DNA of 64,000 bases from assembly GCA_020137815.1 (NCBI GenBank), contig CM035355.1:3596001-3660000 (forward strand). The letters run 5' to 3'. The notes beneath the pieces were generated by a model. That model was given only the letters and a program-made list of their open reading frames with translations, had not been told where the DNA came from and did no database searches. This document shows positions 1-13,500 of the stretch, piece by piece. A program made the translations under genes and the position numbers. This DNA is from Hormiphora californensis. Lineage: Eukaryota; Animalia; Ctenophora. Positions within the stretch are counted from its first letter, which is position 1, and each line of letters opens with the position of its first letter.

Positions 1-345
1 CGTAACGTTTTACCACCGTAATGTTACGGTCGTTGCCTAAAATGACCGTATTTTGTAACGACCGTAACGTTACGGTCGTTACATTTGTAACGACCGTAAC
101 GTTTCGGTCGTTACATTTGTAACGACCGTTACGTTACGGTTGCTGTTACGGTCGTTACAAATGTTACATCTCCAGAGTGTTCAGGCAGCCACGGCCATAC
201 TTTTTGGACTAAGGCTTTAGAATTCAGACAGGAGAAAGTACTCAGTCACAGCTTCCGCTGAGTACCAGTTTCAACTTCGTACGATAACTACAACCGATTC
301 TATGATCGTTCAAAAATGCGTTACGGTCGTTACGGTCGTTACGTC
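1..345. repeat. Degenerate short-period tandem/inverted repeats (gtaacgaccgtaac / gttacggtcgttac), probably the interior of a non-autonomous DNA element cut by the window edge
   Basis: Many copies of the motif in both orientations; no ORF. Confidence 0.55.
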
Positions 346-981
346 AACGCCAAAAAAAGGCTTTTTTTGGCATATTATGCATCATAATTCAGCTCAGTGA
401 TGCATGATTATCATAATATTTAGTAATTCAGTAGTTCAGACATTTTCTGACAGTTTGGTACCAAAATTAACAAAATTGGCCAATGTTTAGGTGGTCTACG
501 GACCTGTACAAAATTTCCAAACTCGAGGTGTCAATTTGGTGAGACACACCCAACTAGGGGGTGACATGAGATCACGTGGCATGATTTTGGCAGTGTTCTG
601 AAGGTTGAAGGATAAGATAGCGGGACGCGATATATTGATAGCTAGGAAGATAGGGAGAAGGGGTGAGAGAGAGAGAGAGAGTGGGGGAGAGAGAGTGGGG
701 GAGAGAGAGGGAGAGAAGGGGAGAAAGAGAGAACGAGCGACGATGCGAGATGGCCAGTGGCAGTTAGGTCATTTAATTTGTTGTAGTATATAGTTTGTTT
801 CTTCCCATGAATTCGGGTTAGTTTCGTTTTTTTGGGATTGTAGTTTTAGCAAAATTTTGGTGATCCCTTTTTTAAAGGGGTCATAGAATCTATCGCATAT
901 GTGCTTCTTTTTATTATTAATTGTTGTTTCAGTGTCTTTGTCGCATAGATCATACATAAGATTGTAAAGTCTGGGTCCAAT

Positions 982-2342
982 ATGTGCGATTTGATAATTA
1001 GAGCGTGTCAGTCGAAAGTGAGGAGCATTAAATATCGCTTACCACGTACCCATAATCCTATTCTTCAGGCGCCTTTCCCGGAAATCAAATCGGCCCACTC
1101 TCTCGTTGCGAAACACGTTACCAAGGAGCGATGGGACAAGCTGGCTGGAGTTGTCACGGAGACATCCGGTTTTACCCTTGGTCAGGCCATTGCCTGTGCT
1201 GTTGAGTTCGATAACCAGCACTGCGGAATCTACGCTGGTGATTATGACTCCTACAAGGACTTCGCTGACGTTTTTGATCCTATCATCCAGGTTGGTAAAA
1301 CTGATTTCTTACATCATTATATTAGGTTTTTCACTCATTTTATGTTTCACACTTTTCCCTTCTCTCTTGGCCTCTACATCACCGCATACCATCGCTTTGT
1401 CAACACCTACTATTGGTTACACACACACTGTGGAGCTAACACACACAGCGTGTACTGTATATCATATCCCATGATACATTAGCTAACACGTTCTCATTTC
1501 AGGAGTACCATGGAATCAGTGCTGATGCAAAGCACACCTCCGACATGGATGCCAACAAGATCGTAGGTAACATTGACCCAAAAGTTCCTGTGAAATCCGT
1601 GCGGATCCGTGTGGGACGATCCTTCAACGGCTTCGGACTCTCCCCGGGGATCACAAAACAACAACGCCTCGACCTTGAAGCTCTTCTGAAGTCGGCGTTT
1701 GGTAATTTCACGGGTGACCTGGAGGGAAATTACTATCCTCTCCTGGGCATGGATGAGGGTGTGAGGCAGCAGCTGGTGGACGATCATTTCCTGTTTGTAT
1801 CAGGGGATAGGAACCTCATTGCGGCGGGTATGGAACGAGACTGGCCCGAGGGACGAGGTATCTTCCACAACAAGGAGAAGACCTTCCTTGTGTGGGTGAA
1901 CGAGGAGGACCAGACCAGGATCATCTCCATGCAGAAGGGAGGGGACGTTAAGGCAGTGTTTGAGAGGCTTGCTAGGGCAATCAAGGCCGTCGAGGATTCC
2001 GTCAAGAAAGAAAGTGGAAAGGAATTCATGTGCGATGAAAAGTATGGATACATCCACTCTTGCCCCACCAACCTGGGAACCGGAATGAGGGCCTCTGTCC
2101 ATGTTGACCTACCTGGGTGGACCGCTGAGGGGCTCGGATCTCTGCAGGCAAGGTGCGAGGAGCTGGCCCTCCAGCCCCGAGGAACCCGAGGAGAGAGCGG
2201 CGGACAGACCGGTATTACCTACGATATCTCCAACAAGCACAGGCTGGGTTACAGCGAGGTACAGCTCGTACAGTGCATGATTGACGGAGTGAACACCCTG
2301 TACAAAGAGGACCTAGAGCTCCAGAAGAAACACGGCCTTTGA
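982..2342 (+). CDS. Arginine kinase (phosphagen kinase); exons ~982-1017, 1069-1290, 1503-2342
   Basis: Motifs GIYAGDYDSY, RIRVGRS, LVDDHFLF, WPEGRG, WVNEED, CPTNLGT, DISNKHRLG. GT-AG introns 1018-1068 and 1291-1502 keep the frame. Confidence 0.93.
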
Positions 2343-3039
2343 AGTGTTAACAGCTGGTTGAAAACTTTGATCTGATATAACGATAATGTGATATATATTT
2401 AGCAAGGGCAGGATAGAGAGAAAAATATATTCGTCACTTTTTGTCCGTTTTTCACTCTTAATTTATACTTTTACAATAACATATTTTGCTCTTGCGAATT
2501 ACTGTGTTTTAAATTCGTCTACAAGCGTACCCCCAAAAATATTGTTTGTGCCGCGTTCCTAGCAGTTGTACTTGTATTGGGGCGATGCAGTGTCGTGCAT
2601 CACCCCTATCTTCGGTGTCTTTGGTGTCCTGTTATTTAAACATGATCTGTCTGGTGCCGCAACCCCATCTGAGCGCACTGATTTGAGAATCAAATGGGGT
2701 ATGGCGCCGCCATACAGAACATGATAGATTCAAGATTGATACACGAAAATAATGATCCATGATACATGTTTCAAATTTTAATTTTAATTTTTAGTAAAAA
2801 ATACATTAACACGAGCTATACAATGTCCTCTGCTCTAATTTTTAGTGAAGTAAACGCTCAAAATGATGTAAAAATGATGTCAAAAGACAATCTTTTGAAG
2901 CAGTAAATTGTATTCTTCGAAAAAGTTCAATAGCATTTTGGCCTGTCTGGCTGAGCCGACCCAATCTAAGCACACTGTCGCACTACTCTACATTGTACAG
3001 CTGTACATGTACCAGACAGAATTTGAAAGTCCTGCCACA

Positions 3040-5456
3040 CTAATGGTTGTCAGGTTTGTCACCAAGATGCATCTTCTTTGTCTTGTCTTGGATGTCCCCT
3101 GTCAACTTCTCTTTATAGTACCTCGAGCCCTTTACGTCCTTGGGTAGCGGATCAATTTCATCCAGCTTGCTAGGTCCCTTGTTCTTGTCCAGACAGAGAA
3201 CTTTGGTGTCGATAGGTTTCATTTTAGACCACTCAATACTTTTCCCGCAACCATAGCTATCTCCAGAGATAACTTTCGCAAGAGATCTCATTCCCGCTGA
3301 CTGGATATCAAGTGTGTTGTTGATCCAAGCGAATCTGTATGTTCCCAACTGGGCGTATTCCCCGGCACGGATGTCCAGGGCAAGGCTACTATCCAACCGG
3401 TTTCCACAGGTGGTCGAGCCCTCACAACCAGCTATCTTGATCCATACTTCTTGACAGTGCGGACATTGCCTGGCATCTACCACTCCATGGCCACTGACAG
3501 CATATTTCTCTGTCTCTATGCGTATACCTGTAACGGGGGAGGATATTTCTGAGCGATTTAGCATAGTTAATTAACTTTATCATGAAATAGGCAACATTTA
3601 TCTGCTAATGAAGAATAAGGGGGAGGGTAAATACCTTGCATAGCTAGACTATGTTTCGCGCCCCCGCCCTTCTTTACAAATGTAAAGGAGGGTTAGAACA
3701 TAACAATAAATACCATAAATGACGGTGCGAAGTTGATTTGTCAGTAGAGCACAGTATCCCGCCTGAAGGTCTGCATCGACGCCCATGAAATCGAAATCTA
3801 ACTCGGTACAAAAATTCTTTTGGATAACCTCAATTTGTTCAATCATCCAAGCCTAAAGAAGGGGTGGGAAATTTAAAATGAATGAAGTTTAAAAGAGTTA
3901 CATTTTGATTTCCAGTGCATGTTGGTTTATTTCGTTGTGATTTGGTGCATACCGAATCTCAACAATAGATACTCAACATTTGATTTGTATACCTGGAATT
4001 CAAAGAGTAAGTCAACTAGATCCTTCCCTGTGTAGTTATCACGGATCCTATCAAACGATTCCTTCACGCTGTTGAAAAGGTCTACCTCCTTCGCTATCAA
4101 CCTGCACGAAAAGATAATAAATATAAATCTGGTTCTGTCAGCTGCCAATGCTCTGACCACCGTTTTCGCTGCCAGAGCATTGGCCTTATTCTAATTGCAC
4201 GCGGATCGCACGAGAACTGTGATCAGAACATTGGGCTGAGCACTAGGTTTTCGCGTCCTCCGCGTGCAGAATTTGAAAAGAATAAGAATAGGGTCAGGTC
4301 AATGCTCTGACATATATCTGGTTAGATTGGCCCACTGTGAAACTACACCACGCGGCTGTGATAACTTACTTGAGCGGTTTCCTATCACTCTCCCTAATAT
4401 CAAAGAGTTTCAAGAACAACGCACTGTCAACTGTTACTTTTTGAGGCTTGTGACCCTCGCAAGATTTCCTTATCTTAGCAACCAGTTTGTGCCGGGGATC
4501 ATCAAGTTGAGTGCATACCACATCTTCAATGCCAAATTTTCTATTGATAACCTGTAAAAAATATGACGTGTTTATATTTACACAAGCCTGTATTGTTGAT
4601 ACCGGTATGGTTTGTTAAATAGGGGTTACTCAAAATGATAAGATCGAAATGTAAATTTGTAGGATGCGATGGATTCTTGTTGAGTGAGGATTACTCGACA
4701 AATGAATCCAGCATTCTAGATTGTTTGGGCAGTTACCTTTTTGATACTGTCGTCATCATACATAACCTGGTCCATGTGGGTCACCATCACCCCAATCAGC
4801 TCATCAGGTAGCTGGATCAACTTGTCAGAGTAGTACTCTAGCGTTTTAATGGTCGTGTCTTGCCGGACCTCCGCCTTCACGATAATCAATATCTAACAAT
4901 TGGGTGTTTTTGGTGGTCATTTGTTCGCATGTCAGTTAGCAATTGGGTGTTTGGGTGTTCGCATGTTGGTTTGAATTGTTCATACAGAACAGTGTCAGGT
5001 GAATCAAATGTTGGTGGGCAAACAAACACAATAGTACAGTCGGACCCCGGACCTCGGGGGGAAAACCCTGCCACTAAATCGGGGCCACTAAATCGGGGTC
5101 GCTTGACACTGTGTCCGTGCTCCGCAGAATAAAAAGAAAGTTTAAGTATGAACAGTTCAAAGCATTACCTTCGAGAGAGGCATAAAGCTGATTGCTCCTG
5201 CAATCCACTGACTCTGTTCCATCTTGTCATCAATAGCATTACACCCAGGGGTATCTGAGATAACCATAGTGCCATCATACGTCCAAAATGGTTCTGCAGT
5301 TTTAGTCCAACTTCTCGAATCATCGCTGCTCCTCCCAGTTTGGCCTGTTAGTTTCTCCACTACAGTCGATTTGCCCGTACCCGGATCTCCGACCATTACA
5401 ACATATGGGGTCGGGTTGTCTATGGCCTTCCGTATAAAGCCAAACATATTTTGCAT
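3040..5456 (-). CDS. P-loop GTPase (AIG1/GIMAP- or MMR_HSR1-like G domain) + helical region + C-terminal CxxC..GC..TCG zinc ribbon; exons ~5456-5169, 4892-4737, 4551-4371, 4101-3993, 3852-3713, 3527-3040
   Basis: G1 GDPGTGKS, G3 DTPG, G4 THMD. Phase-compatible GT-AG junctions link the ORF pieces. C-terminus RQCPHCQEVWIKIAGCEGSTTCG. Confidence 0.8.
5034..5113. mobile_element. Short MITE-like element (acagtc..acactgt) in GTPase intron
   Basis: Imperfect inverted ends and repeated aaatcgggg. Confidence 0.4.
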
Positions 5457-6683
5457 TTTAGAGAAGTTCACAGTGGACAAATTGAGACTTTGCAAGGGAA
5501 CAGACAAAAACAAAAAGGCTAGCACAGAAAGTACAGAAAGCTTGGTTATTTTATACCCAGGCCATGGCCGCGAGGTGATCTAATATTCAAATATATTTCT
5601 TCAACTTGCATAAATACAAAAGTGGAAGCTACTTTTGAGTTTTGAGTAGAAAGATAAACTTCTTCTTAATAATCCAATTATTCATCTGACTATCCACATA
5701 TTCTGTGTCAGTTCTCAGTGCACATAATTGACATGTTCCTTGTCTGCACTGTCAGCTCTCACACCGGGCCGAAGGTGTGAGCTTACGCGAGTCCGAAGGG
5801 CTAGCGTAAGCTGTCCGAGGCGCTTAAAGTGCCGAACAGACAGACTGCGTAGCATGGCAAGCACATAAGATCGGGTCGACGCCGCCAGACAGTCAAAATC
5901 ACCCCCCCCCCAGGGTTGCAACTGTCCCCTACACCTTGCTTTGGAGATTTGTCCCCATACCCTCTGACCGAGACTGCCGTACACCCTGCGGGAGAGCTCG
6001 CAACCGGAGGTGGTGATCTATAACGGGGCGACCCTTGTTACTTCCGTAACCCTCGCTTCGCACCGGGCCCAAGGTCCGGTGCGGCTCCGCGAGCCGCCGG
6101 AGGCGTAATCTGACAAGGCGGCCGACCCTGGGAATTTTAATCAATGATTTGATAAGGGTGCTCTTTACACTATAAACGGAGGGCGCGGTGCTGATTTTAT
6201 AAAGAAACTGAACAATGCGCGCCGAGCCTCATGTTAAAAAAAGAGGACGCGCAATCTGATTTCAGACTAGATAAAAAATCCTGACGTCGCTCCTTGACAT
6301 GTTGGTCCCATTGTCAGTGGGACCAACATGTCAGTGACCCACATGTCAAGGAGCGACGTCCCACCTACCTAACCGAGGGTCCCACTCCAAACAGTCACCT
6401 TTGGGCGGGCCAGGTGGGGCATATCAGGCATGATGAAAATTGTCAGGCATCAGGCTGACAGTTGTGGACGGACCGCCCTGCACCGACATGTTGTCCACAG
6501 TTAATTGTTGAGCTGTATGGCGGCGCCAGACCCCAATACAGTGCGCTCAGATGGGGTCGGCGGCGCCAGACATACTTTGACTAAAAGTAAAAACTCCAAT
6601 TTCGTTAATTAATTCAGCAATTAAAGTTAAAAAGATATTTGCATTATAAAATTTGCTAAAAACCCGCAAAAAATCACAAAATT

Positions 6684-7962
6684 TCAAATAGGTTCGATTC
6701 TTGTTGCGCCAAGCGCCTTTCTCCACTGCTTAGAAATCACAATAGCAAAGCACCCGGGCAGGCTTCCCCCTACAGTCCTCTCTGCCTGGATCTCCAGAGG
6801 TTCTCTACTCTCCAAGTTGTACTCCACAAAATACACTCTCTCTCCCAGGTAGCGTCCTATGTGAATTGTCCTATTGTTGGCTCCTGTTATGGTGGCTTCA
6901 TTGGGTAGAACAAACTCGCTGATATCCCAAGAAGGTTTTACCAGACCAGTACCTGAAAGGAAAAGGATTGTTAGACAAACAAACAAGTACTAACATGTCC
7001 GATTCATTCCCAAAATAAAAAAAAACTCCCTGTGGTGGAATTGGAAGATTGGTCAATTATCTGTTGGTTACGAAATAAGCCCTTCCTTGCCTGCCTACCT
7101 GATAGGTTGGGGTACTCTATAATTAGTTCAGGCCGCAGTTCCGAGATCACAGAGCTGATTTGTTTGACCTCCTTGGATTCCTCCTCGTACAACTTATGGA
7201 GGGCATCCATAGCCTCTGAAATGAGAGAGGAAGGTGTCAATATCTTGGAAATCAAAATATCAATCATAGTCATTAGGGGTCACTAGGTTGACTTGTGAAA
7301 GAGATGAAGTCAGCCCAGGGGGGGGGGGGGGGAGAACATTGTACCTATAATTTCGTCTGTTTCGGCATCATCAATAAGAGCCAGTTTCAGTTTTCTCTTG
7401 GCACCCTTCACTGAGGACTGTATACATGCGAACCTTAGCATGTCCGCCTGTACTTCCTCCTGCGCCTGTTTAACTTTGACAAGTGTATCCCTATACTTCC
7501 TCTCTGTGCTATCTTTCTTGTTGGTGCCCTCGAGACACTGTTGGGCTTGGTATAATAGCCCAGGTCTGATCTTGCATACTATCGGCTCTGTGATCACCTG
7601 GGGGAAGGGTCAACACTAAAATTAGTTGTTACGTCACACACGGAGAAGGCAGTCTTTTGAGAGACAAATAATCAGTAATTAACAATAATTGACTGCACAC
7701 CTGTCTGTCGGCTCTCTCCTCAGTTAGACCCTGGAGAGCTAGTACAACCTTCGCCTCGGTCCTATCCACCGTATCGGATAACACCCTCCTCTGGCCGGCA
7801 GTTAACTCCCGACTGGAGAGGGCATCAGATACCTCCCCCAGGTTGTCTCGGTATTTGTGGATTTGGGTCCGACATGAACCAAGGAAATCATCCGATGAAG
7901 AGGATATTGTGGGCAACATCTCTTTGAGGGCTTGGTACGCTTCTGGGGGAGATATGGGAGAG

Positions 7963-8017
<55 letters not shown>

Positions 8018-10491
8018 GAGAGAGAGGAAGAGAGAGAGAGAGAGAGGGGGGAGTTGGTCCACCTGCCACCTGCCACCACCTCCAATCGGTTTCCCCCGGG
8101 CAACGGGGTCACACGGAGTACCTTTTTTCTCATCCCCTTTTCCCCCTGTTCGATTTCCAGGTCCGTGTGGCCGCGGCTGAGCGTGGCTGTGTATCAGAAA
8201 TACGGAAAAAAAATCAGAAAATACAAAATACAAAAACATCTTGGCTAGGCGGCCCACAGTGTATCAACGCCAACTATTATGTTCCTACCCCGCCTTCTCC
8301 GGCTCAGGGTTACCAGTGGAACAGGCATCTTCCAGCCAACTGTGGACCCCCAACGCCCCTTTATCCACTAACCCGCTAACCAATACTGTTTTTGTTCTAC
8401 TGGCCCCCCTAACCCACTTCTTCCATTTTTGATAGGGTTCTACATCGGAGATGATTCTTTGGAACGGGGTGGCTGTCCTCTCTGGGGCGGGGTGGCTGTC
8501 CTCTCTGGGGCGGGGTCAGCTGTCTTTACTGGAGCGGGGTCAGCTGTCCTCTCTGGAACGGGGTGGCTGTCCTCTCTGGAACGGGGTCAGCTGTCTTTAC
8601 TGGAACGGGGTGGCTGTCCTCTCTGGAGCGGGGTCAGCTGTCTTTACTGGAACGGGGTCAGCTGTCCTTACTGGAACGGGGTCAGCTGTCTTCTCTGGAA
8701 CGGGGTGGCTGTCTTCTCTGGAACGGGGTCAGCTGTCTTTACTGGAACGGGGTCAGCTGTCCTTACTGGAACGGGGTCAGCTGTCTTCTCTGGAGCGGGG
8801 TGGCTGTCTTCTCTGGAGCGGGGTCAGCTGTCTTTACTGGAACGGGGTCGGCTGTCCTTACTGGAACGGGGTCAGCTGTCCTCTCTGGAACGGGGTGGCT
8901 GTCCTCTCTGGAACGGGGTCAGCTGTCTTTACTGCAACGGGGTCAGCTGTCTTTACTGGAACGGGGCCAGCTGTCTTCTCTGGAGCGGGGTGGCTGTCTT
9001 CTCTGGAACGGGGTCAGCTGGCTTCTCTGGAGCGGGGTCAGCTGGCTTTTCTGGAACGGGGTCAGCTGGCTTCTCTGGAGCGGGGTCAGCTGGCTTCTCT
9101 GGAACGGGGTCGGCTGTCTTCTCTGGAGCGGGGTCAGCTGTCCTCTCTGGAACGGGGTCAGCTGTCTTTACTGCAACGGGGTCAGCTGTCCTTACTGGAA
9201 CGGGGTCAGCTGTCTTCTCTGGAGCGGGGTGGCTGTCTTCTCTGGAACGGGGTCAGCTGGCTTCTCTGGAGCGGGGTCAGCTGGCTTTTCTGGAACGGGG
9301 TCAGCTGGCTTCTCTGGAGCGGGGTCAGCTGGCTTCTCTGGAACGGGGTCGGCTGTCTTCTCTGGAGCGGGGTCAGCTGTCTTTACTGGAACGGGGTCGG
9401 CTGTCCTTACTGGAACGGGGTCAGCTGTCCTCTCTGGAACGGGGTGGCTGTCCTCTCTGGAACGGGTTCAGCTGTCTTTACTGCAACGGGGTCAGCTGTC
9501 TTTACTGGAACGGGGTCAGCTGTCCTTACTGGAACGGGGTCAGCTGTCTTCTCTGGAACGGGGTGGCTGTCTTCTCTGGAACGGGGTCAGCTGGCTTCTC
9601 TGGAACGGGGTCAGCTGGCTTTTCTGGAACGGGGTCAGCTGGCTTCTCTGGAACGGGGTCAGCTGGCTTCTCTGGAACGGGGTCGGCTGTCTTCTCTGGA
9701 ACGGGGTCAGCTGGCTTCTCTGGAACAGGCTGGCTGTCCTCTCTGGCTCGACATGGAATCATCATCCATTTGTATTAATTTATTTTTTTCGCTCGAACCC
9801 GTTCCTGCTTGTTTTAGGCTGCCTTAGATTCAGACGGTTTGCTTCTTCAGTTCCTGATAAGTTGTCTCTTCTTAGAATTCATTGTAGCAGATTGGGCTTC
9901 TTTGCAGATAGTTTAGGAGGTCTTGTGCTCCGTCACCATGAGCTTTAATCCCACTTTACTTCCCCCTTTTTAATATCATCCCCTTTCCTTAACCCATATG
10001 TACATTGTTAAATTTAACCCGTATGTACATTGTTCTTCCTACCCTAACACCTACTTACTTTACTTTCTTAACCTCCGCAGGAGGCCCTTCCGTGCCCTCA
10101 GCTCCAACACCAACAGGATCCGGGTTCCGGGGATTTTAACTTAAAAAAACCCCTGCTCTCCATGGGGCCTCACGGCCCCATTGGAGTGGTGCGTGTAGTG
10201 GCCCGCGAGAGAGAGAGCGAGAGATAGAGAGATATGCGATGAGATCGAGCGCTCGAAGGAACTAGAGAGAGCGGAGAGTCCTCGCGCCGCGCGCGCTGCT
10301 CTCTCGCTCTCTATAGATGGCGCTAGCGCTCGGCGCCCGCTCTCCGCAGCGCGCTCGCGCCGCGCTCGCTCTCGCGCTCGCGCGTCGCTCCTCGCCGCTC
10401 GCTCGCGCGCTCTCGGCCCTCGTCGCGGGCTCTCTCTCTCTCTCCTCTCTCCCTCAGCTCTCGTCTTCTACTCTCTCCTCTCTCCCCGCCA

Positions 10492-10523
<32 letters not shown>

Positions 10524-13500
10524 TGCCCTTCTCTTCTCTCTCGCCGCGCTCTCTCTCTCTCTCTTCCTCGCTCTCTCTCCTTGCTCTCTCTCCTCTCATC
10601 TGCGTGCTTTCCTCTCTCTCTCGTCCTGCTCTCTCTGCTCTCGCAGCTAGCTCTCTCTGCTTCCGCTCTCTCTCTCTAGTCCTCTCTCTCCTCTCGCTCT
10701 CTCGGCTCCCTCTCTCTCTCTCTCTATCCTCTTCTCTCCTCTCTCTCTGCGCTCTGCTTGTGTCCTCGTCCCCCTCTCTCCCTCTCTCCTCTCTCCCTTT
10801 TAATAACTTTGGTAAGATGTTTGTGTTGGTATAACATCCATATCCTCTAACTGTGCCACTATTTTCTCAACCGGACCCAGATCCACTACTTCCTCTTCCT
10901 CAAGTAGCATAAAGTACGACTCTAATGGGGGGATAGGAATATAATTAGTGGTGGGGGGATGGGACTCTAATTAAGGGGGGGGGTGACACGTAACACTTTG
11001 TAACACTTTGTAACATGTGCAGAAAACTTTTTGTGCACGTTACATGTTACAAAGTGTTACATAGTGTTACAAAGTGTTACATAGTGTTACAAAGTGTTAC
11101 ATAGTGTTACAAAGTGTTACATAGTGTTACAAAGTGTTACATAGTGTTACAAAGTGTTACATAGTGTTACAAAGTGTTACAAAGTGTTACATAGTGTTAC
11201 AAAGTGTTACATAGTGTTACAAAGTGTTACAAATTGTTACATAGTGTTACAAAGTGTCACAAAGTGTTACATAGTGTCACAAAGTGTTACAAATTGTTAC
11301 AAAGTGTTACAAATTGTTACAAAAACACAAGGATTTGTAGCGAAGCACATTTTCAATCTTTGACCAAAAAATTGATTTTGGAAAAATTTTATTTCTTTTT
11401 CCAACAGAAACGTCGTATATCATTTTATTAAGTACAAAGAATCGATTACCTATGAAAAAAAGTCAATTGGGTCACAACTCACAGGTGACTCAGCACATTG
11501 GGGGCCTCTGAGAGGCACAATACTTCTAATATCACTCTAAAAACTTTACCGTTGTCTAAAGTTCATATTTTTCTTTACCAAATGGACTATTTCAGCCCTG
11601 ATTTCCACAGTCGATGACATCGGAGGCTCAAAACATCCGCAAATTAGTAAAAAAGTGTATGTTTTAACCCTAGAAATGATTTAAAACTTTTAGATGTGTT
11701 CTAGAAAGACACCAAAGTCGTTCAAATTACTTATTCACCAACCGTTGAAAATTTGCTTCGCTACAAATCCTTGTGTTTTGTAACAATTTGTAACACTTTG
11801 TAACAATTTGTAACAATTTGTAACACTTTGTAACAATTTGTAACACTTTGTGACACTTTGTAACACTTTGTAACACTATGTAACACTTTGTAACACTATG
11901 TAACACTTTGTAACACTATGTAACACTATGTAACACTTTGTAACACTTTGTAACACTTTGTAACACTATGTAACACTATGTAACACTTTGTTACACTATG
12001 TAACACTTTGTAACACTATGTAACACTTTGTAACATGTGCAGAAAACTTTTTGTGCACGTTACATGTTACAAAGTGTTACAAAGTGTTACGTGTCACCCC
12101 CCCCCCAATTAACAATGACCAGGGGACTCTAATGGGGGGATAGGAATATAATTAGTGGTGGGGAATAAGACTCTAATTAACAATGATCAGGGGACTCTAA
12201 TGGGGGGGATTAGGGATTTAATGAGGGGGAGGCGGGGTAACGAGGTTATAATCTCGCAAACATGAGGGGACGTATTCAGATAAACCAGTGCCCTAGTTAG
12301 TACTCACCAATTCCTTCAGATACAGCTATCAGAAGCTCATCACGTTCCCTTATCAAATCATCCTTTCCTGCTGACGTCAAGGAATTACGTAGCCTCCCAA
12401 CTACATCATTCAACCTCGTAATCGCATCCTCCACTTCTGTAGTATCCGGTTGTGTTGTACATGTTTGGACAATCTCACATGCCCTTATCACATTTTCTAC
12501 CTCTAGCTCCGGTAACGGCTGATTTAGTACACCCTTCACTGCAGCTCTCAAATCGGCAGTTGTCGATTGGAGAGGGTCGGTCTGGATGGCGATATTGGTA
12601 ACACTTGGTGCTTCCCGGGGGAGTATTTCACTTAGGGAGAGGGAAGTGAGGGAGATGTCGGAGCCATTCACTGGAGTTGGAAGAGTTGCTAAGGGCGAAG
12701 GTGCAGTTGCTAGGGGTGGAGGTGCAGTTGCTAGGGGTGGAGGTGCAGTTGCTAGGGGTGATGATACAGCTGCTAGGGGTGATGAAGCAGGGACGGTTGA
12801 TTGAGGAGGGGTGCTATAACCACTGCTGACAGCTGGAGCTTCTCTTATGTCATCCAAGGCCCTGCAGAGGAAATACATGTATGATTTATGGGGTGATATA
12901 GGCCAAACGAACCTTGTTATATGTTCTATCCCTCGAATACCCATATTTCAAATTCAACTCACGTTGGATCGGATAGCCCCAGTTCTGTCAGGAGTTGTTT
13001 TTGTCTCATTATCTGCGCCTCTTTAAATACTAAATCCTCCTTTAATCGTATCTTCTCAGCCATGTAGTTGTCATGCATCTCCATCATTTTTCGGACTACA
13101 ACCCCAGCTTGGGGCCTCAGGAAGTGGTACTCGTCAGTTTCCTGGTTAGGGGGGGGGGTGTTAGAGAGGACACGTGATATCCATATAAGGGCATCACGTG
13201 GTGCCGCAGGAGGTCCAGTGACTGTTACTCAATACTCATCGGGGCAGGGGCGGGGCTGGGTGACAAACAGTATCCCCAGTATTTCTGTAGGTACGTTTAC
13301 CGTAGCCTACGAATGTTGTCGTAGAGCCACACACAAACCTTGGCATACTGTAGATGAAGCATCAGAGAGTTGAATGATTCCTTCTCCGGGTGAGTCATAT
13401 CAGGGACAACCTTCCGAAGCAGGATGATGTTAGTGAATTGCTCAACTTTGGGTGGACTGGAGACAATACCTGAGGGATACAGATCTGTAAAAAGGGAATA

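Noticed and set aside
8429-9948. Three ~450-aa + strand ORFs
   Set aside because: Artefact of a stop-free 23/24-bp minisatellite inside an intron; mixed unit lengths rotate the same text through all frames
10317-10834. Leu/Ser-rich ORFs here and at other (GA)n/(CT)n tracts
   Set aside because: Microsatellite translations
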